Source: an uncultured archaeon (GTDB lineage: Archaea > Hadarchaeota > Hadarchaeia > Hadarchaeales > WYZ-LMO6). Taken from it: a stretch of 64,000 nt of DNA. Positions 30,095 through 40,417 of the stretch are shown here, piece after piece. The notes under the pieces were generated by a model that saw only the letters and a program-made list of their open reading frames with translations, did no database searches and was not told where the DNA came from. The stretch spans positions 11,356 to 75,355 of the forward strand of contig CALJER010000016.1 of assembly GCA_938074535.1 (NCBI GenBank). Reading direction: 5' to 3'. Made by a program: the position numbers and the translations under genes. The first letter of the stretch is position 1, and each line of letters starts with the position of its first letter.

Positions 30095-30583
30095 TTATTC
30101 CTTCCTCCTGGACTTCAGGTACGGGATGAGGCCCCCAGCCCTGAGGATGGAGACCAGGAAGTCGGGAAGGGGTTCAGCCTTCCTCTCTATGCCCCTCGTC
30201 AAGTTCCTGACCACCCCTCTGACCAGGTCGTACTCGACCTCTTCCCCGGTGGAGAAAGAGGCCTTCACCCCCTTGCAGATCATCACGGGGAGCCCCTGAT
30301 TCACAGCGTTCCTAAAAAAAATCCTGGCGAAGGACTCGGCTATGACCGCCCCCACCCCAGCCCCTTTCAGGGCAAGGGGCGCCTGCTCCCTGCTGGAACC
30401 GCATCCGAAGTTTTTCCCGGCTATGATCACGTCTCCCTTCTTCACCCGCGAGGAGAACCCGGGGAGGAGGTTCTCCAGGGCGTGTTTTCCCAGCTCCTCA
30501 GGGCTCCTCTTCACCAGGTATCTTCCAGGTATGATGTCGTCCGTGGACACATCGTCTCCCAGCACCCAGGCCCTGGGCATCAT
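30095..30583 (-). CDS. leuD: 3-isopropylmalate dehydratase/homoaconitase small subunit
   Basis: DVSTDDIIPGRY, NFGCGSSREQA, SFARIFFRN. Confidence 0.9.
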   Translation of the reverse strand: MMPRAWVLGDDVSTDDIIPGRYLVKRSPEELGKHALENLLPGFSSRVKKGDVIIAGKNFGCGSSREQAPLALKGAGVGAVIAESFARIFFRNAVNQGLPVMICKGVKASFSTGEEVEYDLVRGVVRNLTRGIERKAEPLPDFLVSILRAGGLIPYLKSRRKE

Positions 30584-31827
30584 ACCTCCCTCGGATCGGT
30601 CAGCTTTCCCCTGAGGGCGGAGGCCGCCACCGTGGCGGGGGAGGCCAGGTAAATCTCGGCCTCTGGGCTTCCCATCCTTCCCCTGAAGTTCCGGTTGGAG
30701 GAGGACACACACACCTCTCCGGGGGCCAGCACGCCTATGTAGCTCCCCATGCAGGCCCCGCAGCCCGGCGGCCCCAGAATGGCCCCAGCCCTCACCAGCC
30801 TCTCTATCACACCGAGCCTAAGGGCCTCCAGATAGGTCTCCCTGGAGGAGGGAACTACCAGCATCCGCACGCGCGGATGGATTTTTCTCCCTTTCAGGAT
30901 TTTCGCCGCTTCTATCAGATCCTCGGTTCTGCCGTTGGTGCAGCTCCCCAGGAAAGCCTGGTCTATCTCCCTTCCCTCCACCTCCCTTACGGGTTTCACG
31001 TTATCCACCCTGTGTGGGCAGGCCACCTGGGGCTCTATCCGGGAGAGGGAGCAAGTCCTCTCATCGGCGTACTCCGCCTTGGGGTCGCTCCTCACCTCCT
31101 TGAAGGGGAACCTCGCTCTCTTCTCCACGTACCTGCGGGTCAAAGCGTCGGGGGCCACGAGGGCAGTCTTGGCCCCCATCTCCACTCCCATGTTGCACAG
31201 GGTCATCCTTCCCCCGATGCTCATCCTCCTCACTCCCTCACCCTGGAACTCCAAGGCCTGATAGGTGGCCCCGTCCGCCCCTATCTCGCCCACCAGCTGG
31301 AGGATGACATCTTTGGGGTAGACCCTTCTCCCCAGCTTTCCCTCCAGTACGATTTTCACACTCTCCGGGACTCTGAGCCACAGCCTGCCCGAAGCCATGG
31401 CCGCCGCCAGATCCGTTGATCCCACCCCCGTGGCGAAGCTCCCGAAAGCACCGTACGTGCAGGTGTGCGAGTCAGCCCCCAGGATGAGGAGACCAGGGAG
31501 GGCGAAACCCTTCTCGGGGAGCACCTGGTGGCAAATCCCCTCGGCGAAGAGGTTCTCAATTCCCTGCTCCCTCGCGAACTTCCGCATCATGTCGTGGTCT
31601 CTGGCTATCTCTGTGGAGTTGGCAGGCATCTGGTGGTCGAAGATTATCACCACCCTGGAGGGGTCCCACACCCTTTCGGCTATCTCCCTTAGGCTCTCTA
31701 TGGCCAGGGGGCCGGTGATGTCGTTCATCATCACCACGTCCACCCTAGCTTCCACGATTTCTCCGGGTTCCACCCGTTCCTTCCCGGCCTTCCTGGCCAG
31801 GAGCTTTTCGGCCATGCATCCTGCCAG
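30580..31827 (-). CDS. leuC: 3-isopropylmalate dehydratase/homoaconitase large subunit (CTG 31827 or ATG 31815 start)
   Basis: DH, GICHQ, DSHTCT, GSCTNGR, CGACMG, NRNFRGRMG. Confidence 0.92.
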   Translation of the reverse strand: MAGCMAEKLLARKAGKERVEPGEIVEARVDVVMMNDITGPLAIESLREIAERVWDPSRVVIIFDHQMPANSTEIARDHDMMRKFAREQGIENLFAEGICHQVLPEKGFALPGLLILGADSHTCTYGAFGSFATGVGSTDLAAAMASGRLWLRVPESVKIVLEGKLGRRVYPKDVILQLVGEIGADGATYQALEFQGEGVRRMSIGGRMTLCNMGVEMGAKTALVAPDALTRRYVEKRARFPFKEVRSDPKAEYADERTCSLSRIEPQVACPHRVDNVKPVREVEGREIDQAFLGSCTNGRTEDLIEAAKILKGRKIHPRVRMLVVPSSRETYLEALRLGVIERLVRAGAILGPPGCGACMGSYIGVLAPGEVCVSSSNRNFRGRMGSPEAEIYLASPATVAASALRGKLTDPREV

Positions 31828-31831
31828 GGTT

Positions 31832-33481
31832 TCACCTCCTCACGGCGCCCTCGGCGGCCGAGCTGGCATGTTCGGCGTAGAACTTCAAGTATCCCTTCAG
31901 GGACTTTTCCCTCGGCTTGAAGGTTTTTTTCCTCTCCTCGAGCAGGCTTTCCTCCACCAGCAGGTCCAGCCTGCCCTCCCTCGCATCGATGAGGATTTCG
32001 TCCCCCTCCTTCACCAGGGCTATGGGCCCGCCCTCCGCCGCTTCGGGGGAAACATGGCCCACGCACATCCCCCTCGTTCCCCCTGAAAACCTTCCGTCCG
32101 TCACCAGGGCCACCTCCTCCAGCATGCCCATCCCAGCCAGCAGGGAGGTGGCGGAGAGCATCTCCCTCATGCCCGGGCCTCCTTTAGGACCTTCATACCT
32201 TATCACCACCACTTCCCCTTTCCTGATCCTCCTCTCGGAGATGGCCCTCACCGCGGCCTCCTCCCCGTCAAAAACTCTGGCTTTCCCGGAGAACCTGAGG
32301 TTCCTCAGCCCGGCTATCTTCAACACGGCACCCTTGGGCGCTAGGGTCCCGTAGAGGATGGCTATTCCTCCCCTCTTCCGGTAGGGCCGTGAAAGGGGTC
32401 TTATAACCTCGCTTTCCACCACCTTCACCCCTTTCAGGTTGGACCCCACGGTTGCTCCCGTCACGGTGAGGGGGGTGCTCTTTATCAGCCTCCCCAGCTG
32501 CTTCATGAGGGCGGGAATTCCACCCGCCTCGTGCAGGTCCACCACCATGTGCTCCCCCCCCGGACGCAGGTTGCAGAGCTGCGGGACCCTCTTGCTGAGC
32601 CTGTCGAAGACCTCGAGGGGGAGGCTGATCCCCACCTCCCTGGCTATGGCCGGGAGGTGGAGCACGGTGTTGGTTGAGCCACCAAGCGCCATGTCCACCA
32701 CTATGGCGTTCTCGAAGGCGCTCCTGGTCAGGATTTTGCTGGGCTTGATTCCCCTCCTGAGGAGCTCCATCACCTGCTCCCCCGTCTTCCTGGCAAGTTT
32801 GAGCTTCTGGGAGCTCACGGCCGGACAGGTGGCCACTCCAGGCAGGGACATCCCCAGCGCCTCTATCACGCACGCCATGCTGTTGGCGGTGAACATGCCT
32901 GCGCACGAGCCAGGTGTGGGGCAGCAGCGGTCCTCTATCTCCAGTGCTTCTTGCTCCCTCAACCTCCCGCTCTTCACCTCACCCACGGCCTCGAAAGCGG
33001 TAATCACGTCCACCCTTTTCCCCCTCCACTCTCCTGGAAGCATGGGACCTCCCGTGAGCATGATGGAGGGAAGGTCGACCCTGGCCAGAGCCATGAGCAT
33101 ACCCGGCTCCACCTTGTCGCAGCTTGAGATGGCTACCACCCCGTCGAAGCGGTGGGCCTCGAGCATGACCTCGAGGCTGTCCGCTATAACTTCCCTTGAG
33201 GGCAGGGAGTAGCGCATTCCCTCGGTCCCCATGCAGATGCCGTCGCAGATGGCTATGGTGTTGAATTCCATGGGGGTGCCACCCGCGCACCTCACCCCCT
33301 CCGCCACGGCTTCGGCCAGGGCCCTGAGGTGGACGTGCCCTGGTACCACCCTGTTCCAGGAATTGGCTATGGCCACGAGCGGGCGGGCGAGGTCGGTGTC
33401 GTTGTAACCGCAGGCCTTCAGGAGGGCCCTCTTGGGCAGCCCCTCTATTCCCCCCACCACCTCTCTGCTGCGGAGTTTCAT
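31832..33481 (-). CDS. ilvD: Dihydroxy-acid dehydratase
   Basis: [42 protein letters not shown]. Confidence 0.96.
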   Translation of the reverse strand: MKLRSREVVGGIEGLPKRALLKACGYNDTDLARPLVAIANSWNRVVPGHVHLRALAEAVAEGVRCAGGTPMEFNTIAICDGICMGTEGMRYSLPSREVIADSLEVMLEAHRFDGVVAISSCDKVEPGMLMALARVDLPSIMLTGGPMLPGEWRGKRVDVITAFEAVGEVKSGRLREQEALEIEDRCCPTPGSCAGMFTANSMACVIEALGMSLPGVATCPAVSSQKLKLARKTGEQVMELLRRGIKPSKILTRSAFENAIVVDMALGGSTNTVLHLPAIAREVGISLPLEVFDRLSKRVPQLCNLRPGGEHMVVDLHEAGGIPALMKQLGRLIKSTPLTVTGATVGSNLKGVKVVESEVIRPLSRPYRKRGGIAILYGTLAPKGAVLKIAGLRNLRFSGKARVFDGEEAAVRAISERRIRKGEVVVIRYEGPKGGPGMREMLSATSLLAGMGMLEEVALVTDGRFSGGTRGMCVGHVSPEAAEGGPIALVKEGDEILIDAREGRLDLLVEESLLEERKKTFKPREKSLKGYLKFYAEHASSAAEGAVRR

Positions 33482-33562
33482 CGAGGTCTAAAAAGATTCT
33501 TCTCCTGACTTAAAACTTTCACTAGATTGTGTGAGAGAAGCTGAGGCGAGCGATTGCCGATT

Positions 33563-33803
33563 TCACACTTTTACCACTCCAGCGACTCCCAGCACTGCTA
33601 TGAGCAGACCAGCCATGCAAGCCCAGATATTTCAGCTCTTCTTTGAGGTACTTGAAATGGGAGAAGAACCCAAAGAAAGAACAAAAGAACAGTTGCCAGG
33701 GGTCGTGCGGGCTAAAGGCCCGAAAACCTAAGAATCCTAAAAAACCTAGGAACCCCTGTATCCAAAGTCTTTTTTTCTTTCCGTGATTTCGCTTCATTCC
33801 CAT
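33563..33803 (-). pseudogene. Frameshifted small membrane protein, DUF3796-like
   Basis: MGMKRNHGKKKRLWIQGFLGFLGFLGF...FFGFFSHFKYLKEELKYLGL, then hydrophobic MAGLLIAVLGVAGVVKV* in another frame; AT-rich relative to neighbours. Confidence 0.6.
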
Positions 33804-33805
33804 AA

Positions 33806-34792
33806 CTATTTCTCTATTCCGGCCCACTTCCTGAGTTCCTTTCCCACTTTCTCTATCAGATGTTCCTTGCCCTTTTCCCTCATCTCCGTGAGACGCGGAA
33901 GCCCCCTTCTGCTTTCCTCTATCCATTCCTTGGCGAACGACCCATTCTGGATGTCCCGGAGGAGCTCCTTCATCACTCTTCTGGCTTCCTCCCCGATCAG
34001 CTTTGGTCCCCTCGTCCTCCCTCCGTACTCCGCCGTGTTGCTTACGGCTGCCATCATTCCTTCTATTCCCCTTTCGTAGATGAGATCCACAATGAGTTTC
34101 AGCTCGTGCAGGCACTCGAAGTAGGCGTTCTCAGGCTGGTATCCCGCCTCCACCAGGGTCTCGAAACCGGCCTTGATGAGCTCGGATACTCCGCCCACCA
34201 GCACCGCCTGCTCCCCGAAGAGGTCTGTTTCGGTCTCCTCCTTGAAGGTGGTCTGGAGCACCCCTATCCTGGTGAGACCTATCCCCTTGGCCATGGCCAG
34301 CGCCGTCTTCAGGGCTTTCCCCGTAGCATCCTGGAACACCGCCACCAGACCGGGGGTACCCGACCCCTGCAGGTACATCTTCCTGAGCATGGCTCCGGGG
34401 GCTTTGGGTGCCACCATGATGACATCCACCGTGGGGGGAGGCACGATCTGTCTGAAGTGAATGTTGAACCCATGGCTGAAGCCCAGAGTTTTGCCCTCCC
34501 TGAGGTGCGGAGAGATGGCTTCTTTGTAGAGGATCCCCTGTTGTTCGTCCGGAACGAGGAAGTGGAGGATATCGGCCCTTCTGGAGGCCTCCCCGATCTC
34601 GTAAACCTCGAAACCGTCCCTCTCCGCCCTCTGCCAGCTGGAGCCCCTCCTGGCCCCCACGATGACCCTGCATCCAGAATCCCTGAGGTTCTGGGCCTGG
34701 GCATGTCCTTGGTTCCCGTAGCCTATCACGGCTATGGTCCTGTTCTCTATCCAGCCCAGGTCCGCGTCCTGGTCCAGGTAAACCTTGGGCAT
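33806..34792 (-). CDS. ilvC: Ketol-acid reductoisomerase
   Basis: [36 protein letters not shown]. Confidence 0.97.
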   Translation of the reverse strand: MPKVYLDQDADLGWIENRTIAVIGYGNQGHAQAQNLRDSGCRVIVGARRGSSWQRAERDGFEVYEIGEASRRADILHFLVPDEQQGILYKEAISPHLREGKTLGFSHGFNIHFRQIVPPPTVDVIMVAPKAPGAMLRKMYLQGSGTPGLVAVFQDATGKALKTALAMAKGIGLTRIGVLQTTFKEETETDLFGEQAVLVGGVSELIKAGFETLVEAGYQPENAYFECLHELKLIVDLIYERGIEGMMAAVSNTAEYGGRTRGPKLIGEEARRVMKELLRDIQNGSFAKEWIEESRRGLPRLTEMREKGKEHLIEKVGKELRKWAGIEK

Positions 34793-34841
34793 GGTGCTCG
34801 TCGAGCTTCTAGGAGAGGAAGACTTATAAAGCTCGCTGGAA

Positions 34842-35342
34842 TCAGGAGGAACCCCTGTTGTTTCTCGAGAGGTAGACCTGTCCGGAGCGGGCTACCTCCT
34901 TCAGCATCCCCTGACCCAGCGAGGAGAGAAGGCGCTCCACCTCCTCATGGTTCCCGCCTATTTCCCCTATGAGGCTTCCCTCCCTTATCTCCAGCACCTT
35001 CCCTCCAGCGGACTGGACGAGCCTTATGGTCTCAGACATCTCCTCCTCCTCGAGCTTCCTAGTTTTGAAAAGGCAGATCTCCCTGGCTATGCTGTTCTCA
35101 GGCTCCAGCACCTGCACCTCCAGGATGGGCTCCAGCCTGAGGAGAATTTTCCTCATGAAGGCGGTCATTTTGTCGTCCGCCTGGAAGAGGATGATGATGC
35201 GGGCCAGGCCTGAGGGCTCTATGCCCACGGTGATGGAATCCATGTTGATCTGCCTGCGGGTGAAGCACCTGGACACCCTCATCATCACACCCGCCACGTT
35301 TTCGCAGAGCACGGAGAAGATTCTGGTTCTCATCTCAGTCAC
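34842..35342 (-). CDS. ilvH: Acetolactate synthase small (regulatory) subunit
   Basis: ACT domain [24 protein letters not shown]; C-terminal EVARSG. Confidence 0.85.
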   Translation of the reverse strand: MTEMRTRIFSVLCENVAGVMMRVSRCFTRRQINMDSITVGIEPSGLARIIILFQADDKMTAFMRKILLRLEPILEVQVLEPENSIAREICLFKTRKLEEEEMSETIRLVQSAGGKVLEIREGSLIGEIGGNHEEVERLLSSLGQGMLKEVARSGQVYLSRNNRGSS

Positions 35343-37020
35343 CCACGATCATCTGGTCCAGTTTTCCCCCCGCGGGAACCATCGGAAGCACGTGTTCCTC
35401 TGGGTCTATCACCACATCCAGAACGGCCGGCTTCCCACATTTCAGGGCCTCCCTCAGTTTGGGGGCCATCTCCCCTGGCCTGGTTACCCTATCCCCCCAG
35501 GCACCGTAAGCTTCAGCCAGCTTCACGAAGTCAGGGCTCTTTCCCAGGTAGGTCTGGGATCTCCTGCCCCCGTAGAAGAGGTCCTGCCACTGCTTCACCA
35601 TTCCCAAGTAGGAATTGTCGAAGATGCAGCATACCACGTTGATTTCATTCTCCACCGCCGTCGCCAGCTCCTGCGAGTTCATGAGGAAGCTGCCGTCTCC
35701 CGCCACGTCCACCACCTTTGTGTGCGGAAGGGCAACTTTCGCCCCAAGCGAAGCGGGGAAGCCGAATCCCATGGTGCCCAGTCCCCCGGAGGAGATGAAC
35801 TTCCTGGGTCCCCTGACGGTATAGTAGTGGGCGGCCCACATCTGGCACTGCCCCACCTCCGTCACCACCACGGAATCCTCATCCAGCACCTCCATGATCT
35901 CCTTTATCACCCTCTGCGGCTTCAGGGGGACATCGTCGTAGTCCATTTTGGGAGCGAACTCCCGGCGCATCTGCAGGATCCTCTCCCTCCACTCCGACCT
36001 CACCCCCCTCTTGGCCCTGGCCCTGAGGGCCTTCAGAATCTCCCTGAGGGTGCGCTTGGCGTCCCCCACTATCGGGACATCCGCCCTCACCAGCTTTCCT
36101 ATTTCCACTGAATCCACATCGATGTGGATGATCTTGGCCTTGGGGGCGAAGTGCCTGGCGTCGCCCGTGGACCTGTCGCTGAACCTCACACCTACCCCTA
36201 TCAGCAGGTCGCATTCGGTCACGGCGAGGTTGGCGGCCCTCCTCCCGTGCATGCCAAGCATCCCCAGGGAAAGGGGATGGTCCTCCGGTATGCTCCCCTT
36301 GCCCATGAGGGAGGTCACCACAGGAGCACCCAGGAGCTCGGCCAGCTCCACCAGCTCGGGGGAGGCCCCGGACCAGATTACCCCTCCTCCCGCGAACAGG
36401 ACCGGGCGCTCCGCTTCCTCTATGAGCTTCACGGCTTCCTCCACCCGGTGCGGATCTGGTTCGTACCTTTCCTTCCTCCTTCTCAGGACTTCCGCCGGGA
36501 TTTTTACCTCGGCCTTGGAGGTCTGAACATCCCTGGGGAGGTCGATGTGCACGGGCCCCGGTCTGCCCGCCATGGCGATCTGGAAGGCCTTTCTCACGGC
36601 CTCCACCAGCTCCTGCACGCTCTTGACCAGGAAGTTGTGCTTGGTGATGGGGAGCATGAGGCTGAGGAGGTCGGCTTCCTGGAAGGCGTCGGTCCCCAGG
36701 AAGGAGGTGGGGACCTGACCCGTGATGGCCACCACGGGTGAGCTGTCCATATAGGCGTTGAGGATGCCGGTCACCAGATTACAGGCCCCCGGACCGGAGG
36801 TGGCCATGCACACTCCAGGCTTCCCCAGGGCCCTGGCATAACCGTCGGCGGCGTGGGCGGCTGCCTGTTCGTGCCTCACCAGAATGTGCCTGACGGAGGG
36901 CTCCTCGTAGAGCACATCGTAGACGGGGATGATGGCCCCCCCTGGGATTCCGAAGATGTGCCTCACCCCTTCGCTCTTGAGGGCGGAGACGAGGGCGGCC
37001 GCACCCGTGATTTCCTTCAT
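35335..37020 (-). CDS. ilvB: Acetolactate synthase large subunit
   Basis: FGIPGG, RHEQ, TSGPG, AFQE, GMHG, GDGSF...N TPP motif. Confidence 0.96.
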   Translation of the reverse strand: MKEITGAAALVSALKSEGVRHIFGIPGGAIIPVYDVLYEEPSVRHILVRHEQAAAHAADGYARALGKPGVCMATSGPGACNLVTGILNAYMDSSPVVAITGQVPTSFLGTDAFQEADLLSLMLPITKHNFLVKSVQELVEAVRKAFQIAMAGRPGPVHIDLPRDVQTSKAEVKIPAEVLRRRKERYEPDPHRVEEAVKLIEEAERPVLFAGGGVIWSGASPELVELAELLGAPVVTSLMGKGSIPEDHPLSLGMLGMHGRRAANLAVTECDLLIGVGVRFSDRSTGDARHFAPKAKIIHIDVDSVEIGKLVRADVPIVGDAKRTLREILKALRARAKRGVRSEWRERILQMRREFAPKMDYDDVPLKPQRVIKEIMEVLDEDSVVVTEVGQCQMWAAHYYTVRGPRKFISSGGLGTMGFGFPASLGAKVALPHTKVVDVAGDGSFLMNSQELATAVENEINVVCCIFDNSYLGMVKQWQDLFYGGRRSQTYLGKSPDFVKLAEAYGAWGDRVTRPGEMAPKLREALKCGKPAVLDVVIDPEEHVLPMVPAGGKLDQMIVGD

Positions 37021-37041
37021 GCTTTATTCCCCCGGATGTAC

Positions 37042-37054
37042 GGGTTATTAACCC
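37042..37054. promoter_or_regulatory. ilvB promoter TATA embedded in the palindrome GGGTTA-T-TAACCC
   Basis: Minus strand reads GAAAGGGTTAATAACCC, 21 nt upstream of the ilvB ATG. Confidence 0.55.
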
Positions 37055-37056
37055 TT

Positions 37057-37347
37057 TCACATCCTGACGAATTGGGCGTGAGCTATCCCCTGGACCCTGA
37101 GCACGCATCCTGGATCGATCAGGCCCTCCCTCACCGCGTCCTCCACGATGGAGCCCACCAGGTTACCTATGGTGGCCTCCCTCATGGCCTTCAAGCACTC
37201 CGACACGGTGGCCTCTTTCCCGCGGTAGAACTCTTCGCTCACCTTCAACCTTATCTCCCCCTCCTTAAACTCCTTTCCCAGCAGCTCTGCGTCGCACACC
37301 GTGACCAGCACCTCCTCACCCACCTTCCTCACCCGGAGCTCCGGCAT
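37057..37347 (-). CDS. DUF424 family protein
   Basis: VCDAELLG...VSEEFYRG...NLVG; follows aIF2-beta. Confidence 0.88.
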   Translation of the reverse strand: MPELRVRKVGEEVLVTVCDAELLGKEFKEGEIRLKVSEEFYRGKEATVSECLKAMREATIGNLVGSIVEDAVREGLIDPGCVLRVQGIAHAQFVRM

Positions 37348-37754
37348 CAGATGTTCCTCACGGAGGTCCTGGCACCGCAGGCCTCGCACCTCATGATGTA
37401 GATCCTTCCCTGCTTCACGAGCCTGGTGTCAGGCCTGTTGCAGCTCCTGCATTTCACGAACTCCTCCACGTACCTCTCTATCCTCCCCTTCACCACAGAG
37501 GAAGTGAACTTTCCCTGAAAGAGGGCCTGAGACCCGTCCGAGCTGCCCGCCGCCCCCAGCTCCCTGAGGAGATACTTCATGAGGTGCTCGGGCTCCCTAT
37601 TGAGAACGGAAGCTATGGCCTTGAGGTTCTTGAGCACGGTTCTAGTCCCTGCGGTGACCACCTCCGGCTCCGGTATCTTGAGCCTCTCCCTGTCTGACTC
37701 CACCCTGGGAAGGTTCTGCAGGGCTTTCTCCAGCCACTCTTGGTACTTATCCAC
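37347..37754 (-). CDS. eif2b: Translation initiation factor aIF2 beta subunit
   Basis: LNREPEHLMKYLLRELG, CRSCNRPDT...CEACGA. Confidence 0.95.
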   Translation of the reverse strand: MDKYQEWLEKALQNLPRVESDRERLKIPEPEVVTAGTRTVLKNLKAIASVLNREPEHLMKYLLRELGAAGSSDGSQALFQGKFTSSVVKGRIERYVEEFVKCRSCNRPDTRLVKQGRIYIMRCEACGARTSVRNI

Positions 37755-38447
37755 TCATTTCACCCTCTGGTATTTTCCTGCCCTCACCTCAAATACCTCC
37801 CCCTCGTCCATCAAAACGAGCAGGAGGTCCTCCACCTCCTTCCTCCCCACTCCAAGCTCCTTCTCCAGCTCTTCCTCCCCCACCCCCTCCCCCCTGTCGA
37901 GCCTTTCGAGGGCCAGCAGGGCCTTCTTTTTCAGCTCCTCGGGCACCCCTAGGAGCTCCAGCTCTATTTCCTCCCTCTCCACCTCTTCCACCGGGCCCTC
38001 CTGAGGTTCCGCCCCCGGCTTCAGGGCAGGCTTTGGTCTGATGCCTCTGGCCAGGGCTTTTCTCCTGTTCAGCAGGATTTCCAGCTCCCTCACCACCTCC
38101 CAGTTGGGATCCTTGACCTTCAGCAGGAGGTAGGGCCTGAGGTACCTTTCGCCCAGGTATTCCCTGATGCCCCCTATCACATCCACCAAGTCCCCCACCT
38201 TCAGCTCATCGAGTTCCCTCACGGTTTCCCCCCAGCCCCTCAGCGAGATCACTCCCGTGCCATCGTCCAAGTGAACGGTACAGTACCCACCGTCTTCCCT
38301 CACCCATTTATTCACCACCGTTCCCATCACCCTTGCCCTGGAGACCTTCTCCCCCCACGGAGTGATCAGGTACGGGGCCTCCTCCTCTGAGGAAAGGTAC
38401 TCACCCTCAAGCAGTTCCTTCACCTTCACCTTCCGAGCCGCGACCAT
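37755..38447 (-). CDS. RPA32-like OB-fold/wHTH single-stranded DNA-binding subunit
   Basis: SRARVMGTVV, LDDGTG OB fold, DPNWE, C-terminal wHTH LMDEGEVFE. Confidence 0.82.
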   Translation of the reverse strand: MVAARKVKVKELLEGEYLSSEEEAPYLITPWGEKVSRARVMGTVVNKWVREDGGYCTVHLDDGTGVISLRGWGETVRELDELKVGDLVDVIGGIREYLGERYLRPYLLLKVKDPNWEVVRELEILLNRRKALARGIRPKPALKPGAEPQEGPVEEVEREEIELELLGVPEELKKKALLALERLDRGEGVGEEELEKELGVGRKEVEDLLLVLMDEGEVFEVRAGKYQRVK

Positions 38448-38644
38448 TCTTGAACTACCCCCAGCTTCCGGAGGGAGCTTCACTGCTTCGGGCTTTCGAC
38501 GAATACAGGCCGAACCTGCAGCCGAGCATGCCCTTGCCCCTCCCGCCTTCGCCTTTCATGGTTATATATCCGCCTCATCACCCCTCGCTGAAGGGGTCGG
38601 TAGGATTAAACTGGTGGGCGTGACTATTACTATTTTGAGGTTTG

Positions 38645-39253
38645 ATGGAGTTCACCACCCTTCAGCTACCGGAGCCCCGCAGGTGGTTGGGTCTGGCGGG
38701 GGGGAGGATGGGTCCACTCCCGGTGGATGAGGTGCTGAAGAAGGTAAGGAAGGTGGATTCGGAAGTGGGAACGGTTTCCCAGCTCTTCGACGCCGCCAAG
38801 GTGGCGGGTTTCGCCCACCTCGCCCACGCGGGTAGGCTGGCCCTCCTCGCCCATTTGAGAGGTTCCGGTTTCACCGACACCCTGTCTATGGAGCTGGCGT
38901 GCTGGACAGCGGGGGAGAGACAGATAGGGAGGGCCCTGGAGAAGGTGGGCCTGAGGGAAGGCACGCGCACGGTGGCCCTAGTCTCGGTGGGGGAGAAAAG
39001 GGAGGCGGTGGAAGAAGCCCTGGAGAGGATCCTGCAGGAAACAGGCATAAAGAGGGAAGACGGCGTGGTGGAGCTCTTCCCTTTCAAGGTGAGGGTCCTC
39101 TCGGAGGTCTTCTCGCTTCCAGGCGGGATGGTCAGGAAACTGGGGGCCCAGAAGCTGGTGCTGGAGAGGGTGGCACTTCTTGCTCTGGAGCAAAGGCCTT
39201 CTCGGCCTTGCACATCTCCCCGAACCTCTTCAGGGCCCGGTAGGTCCCCCTAA
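38645..39253 (+). CDS. cgi121: KEOPS subunit Cgi121
   Basis: QLFDA..VAG..HL, MELACWTAGERQIGRALEKVG, LERVALL. Confidence 0.85.
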   Translation: MEFTTLQLPEPRRWLGLAGGRMGPLPVDEVLKKVRKVDSEVGTVSQLFDAAKVAGFAHLAHAGRLALLAHLRGSGFTDTLSMELACWTAGERQIGRALEKVGLREGTRTVALVSVGEKREAVEEALERILQETGIKREDGVVELFPFKVRVLSEVFSLPGGMVRKLGAQKLVLERVALLALEQRPSRPCTSPRTSSGPGRSP

Positions 39254-40376
39254 CCACCAGCCAGTCCCCCGCCTTCAGTTTCTTTTTTACCCCAGGTTCC
39301 AGCAAGTACTTCTTTCCCCTCTCTATCACCATCACGTCCACCCCCACGCTCGTCTCCAGGTTCAGCTGACCCAGGCTCCTCCCCTCCAGTCTGGAGCCTC
39401 CTTCCACCCTGAACCTGGCCACCTGCTCGTCGGCCCTCGAGAGGGCTTCCGCGAACACGGGATGCATCTCCTCCCCCCTCAGCACCACATCGGCAATGGT
39501 GTCCGCCGCGTCAGAGATTTTCTCCAAGCACTTCACCACCTGCAGGAGACTGTTCAGCTTCTTGAGGTCCTGTTCCTCTCTGCCTGTTCTCAGGGTCTCC
39601 AGCCACATCCGATAGTTCAGCTTGTCGAATCTTTCCTCCAGCTTCCTGACTTCCTCCGCCAGCTCTTTGGAGTTGAGGAGAACAGAGGAGTAGGCTAGGT
39701 CCACCATCATGCTGCTGAGGTCGTACATCTGGGCCAGCTCCCGCTCCAGCTTGGAGGGCCTCTCCTTTCCCTCCGTCTGGCTTTTCTTGAAGCCGCTTAG
39801 CCTCTGTAGCACGGAGATTCCCCCCTCCGGACCCCTCACCACCAGGAGGTCCCCCTCCCTGAGTTCAGTATCGGGGGAGGGGGGAACGTGCCACTCCCTT
39901 TCCCTCCTCACCGCCAGGATTCTTACTCCTATCCTGGAGGGAAGCTCCAGCTCCTCCAGCTTTTTGTGGAGAAGAGCCGATCCCTCCCCCACCGTTACTT
40001 TGGAAATCCTCTCCTCACACCTCAGGATGGCCTTCTTCACCACCGGATGGGTCTCCATCCCCCTCAGGACCAAGTCCACCATGTCCCCCGTGGAGTTGGA
40101 GAGGGCCTCCGCCGCGCTGGCTATCTGCAGCACTCCCGCGATTTTCCTCGCCTCCTCCGCGTTGCGCGCGGCGAGCACCGCTACGGCGCGTATCTTATAC
40201 ATGAGTTTGTCCATCTTCAGCTCCAGCTCCCTCACCCTCTCCGCCAGCTCTCGGTCTTCGAACAGGAGGGAGGCGCGGGCCAGGTCCATCATCCAGTCCG
40301 AAGTGTTCTTCATCTCGGTAAGCAGGCCGCGCACGCTACGTGGCTCTTCCTCTTTTTTTGCCATGCTCTTGTTCAT
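39132..40376 (-). CDS. Tandem (PhoU + TrkA-C)x2 protein (COG3273-like)
   Basis: Two repeats: EMKNTSDWMMDLA...RCK_C and QMYDLSSMMVDLAYS...RCK_C. Confidence 0.8.
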   Translation of the reverse strand: MNKSMAKKEEEPRSVRGLLTEMKNTSDWMMDLARASLLFEDRELAERVRELELKMDKLMYKIRAVAVLAARNAEEARKIAGVLQIASAAEALSNSTGDMVDLVLRGMETHPVVKKAILRCEERISKVTVGEGSALLHKKLEELELPSRIGVRILAVRREREWHVPPSPDTELREGDLLVVRGPEGGISVLQRLSGFKKSQTEGKERPSKLERELAQMYDLSSMMVDLAYSSVLLNSKELAEEVRKLEERFDKLNYRMWLETLRTGREEQDLKKLNSLLQVVKCLEKISDAADTIADVVLRGEEMHPVFAEALSRADEQVARFRVEGGSRLEGRSLGQLNLETSVGVDVMVIERGKKYLLEPGVKKKLKAGDWLVVRGTYRALKRFGEMCKAEKAFAPEQEVPPSPAPASGPPVS

Positions 40377-40417
40377 TTTGAAATCACCAGCCGAAAAAAT
40401 AAGCGTTTCGAAGGGCC

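Noticed and set aside
38520-38600. Box C-like GTGATGA (minus strand), also TGATGA near 5148, as C/D sRNAs
   Set aside because: No box D (CTGA) at a suitable distance downstream.
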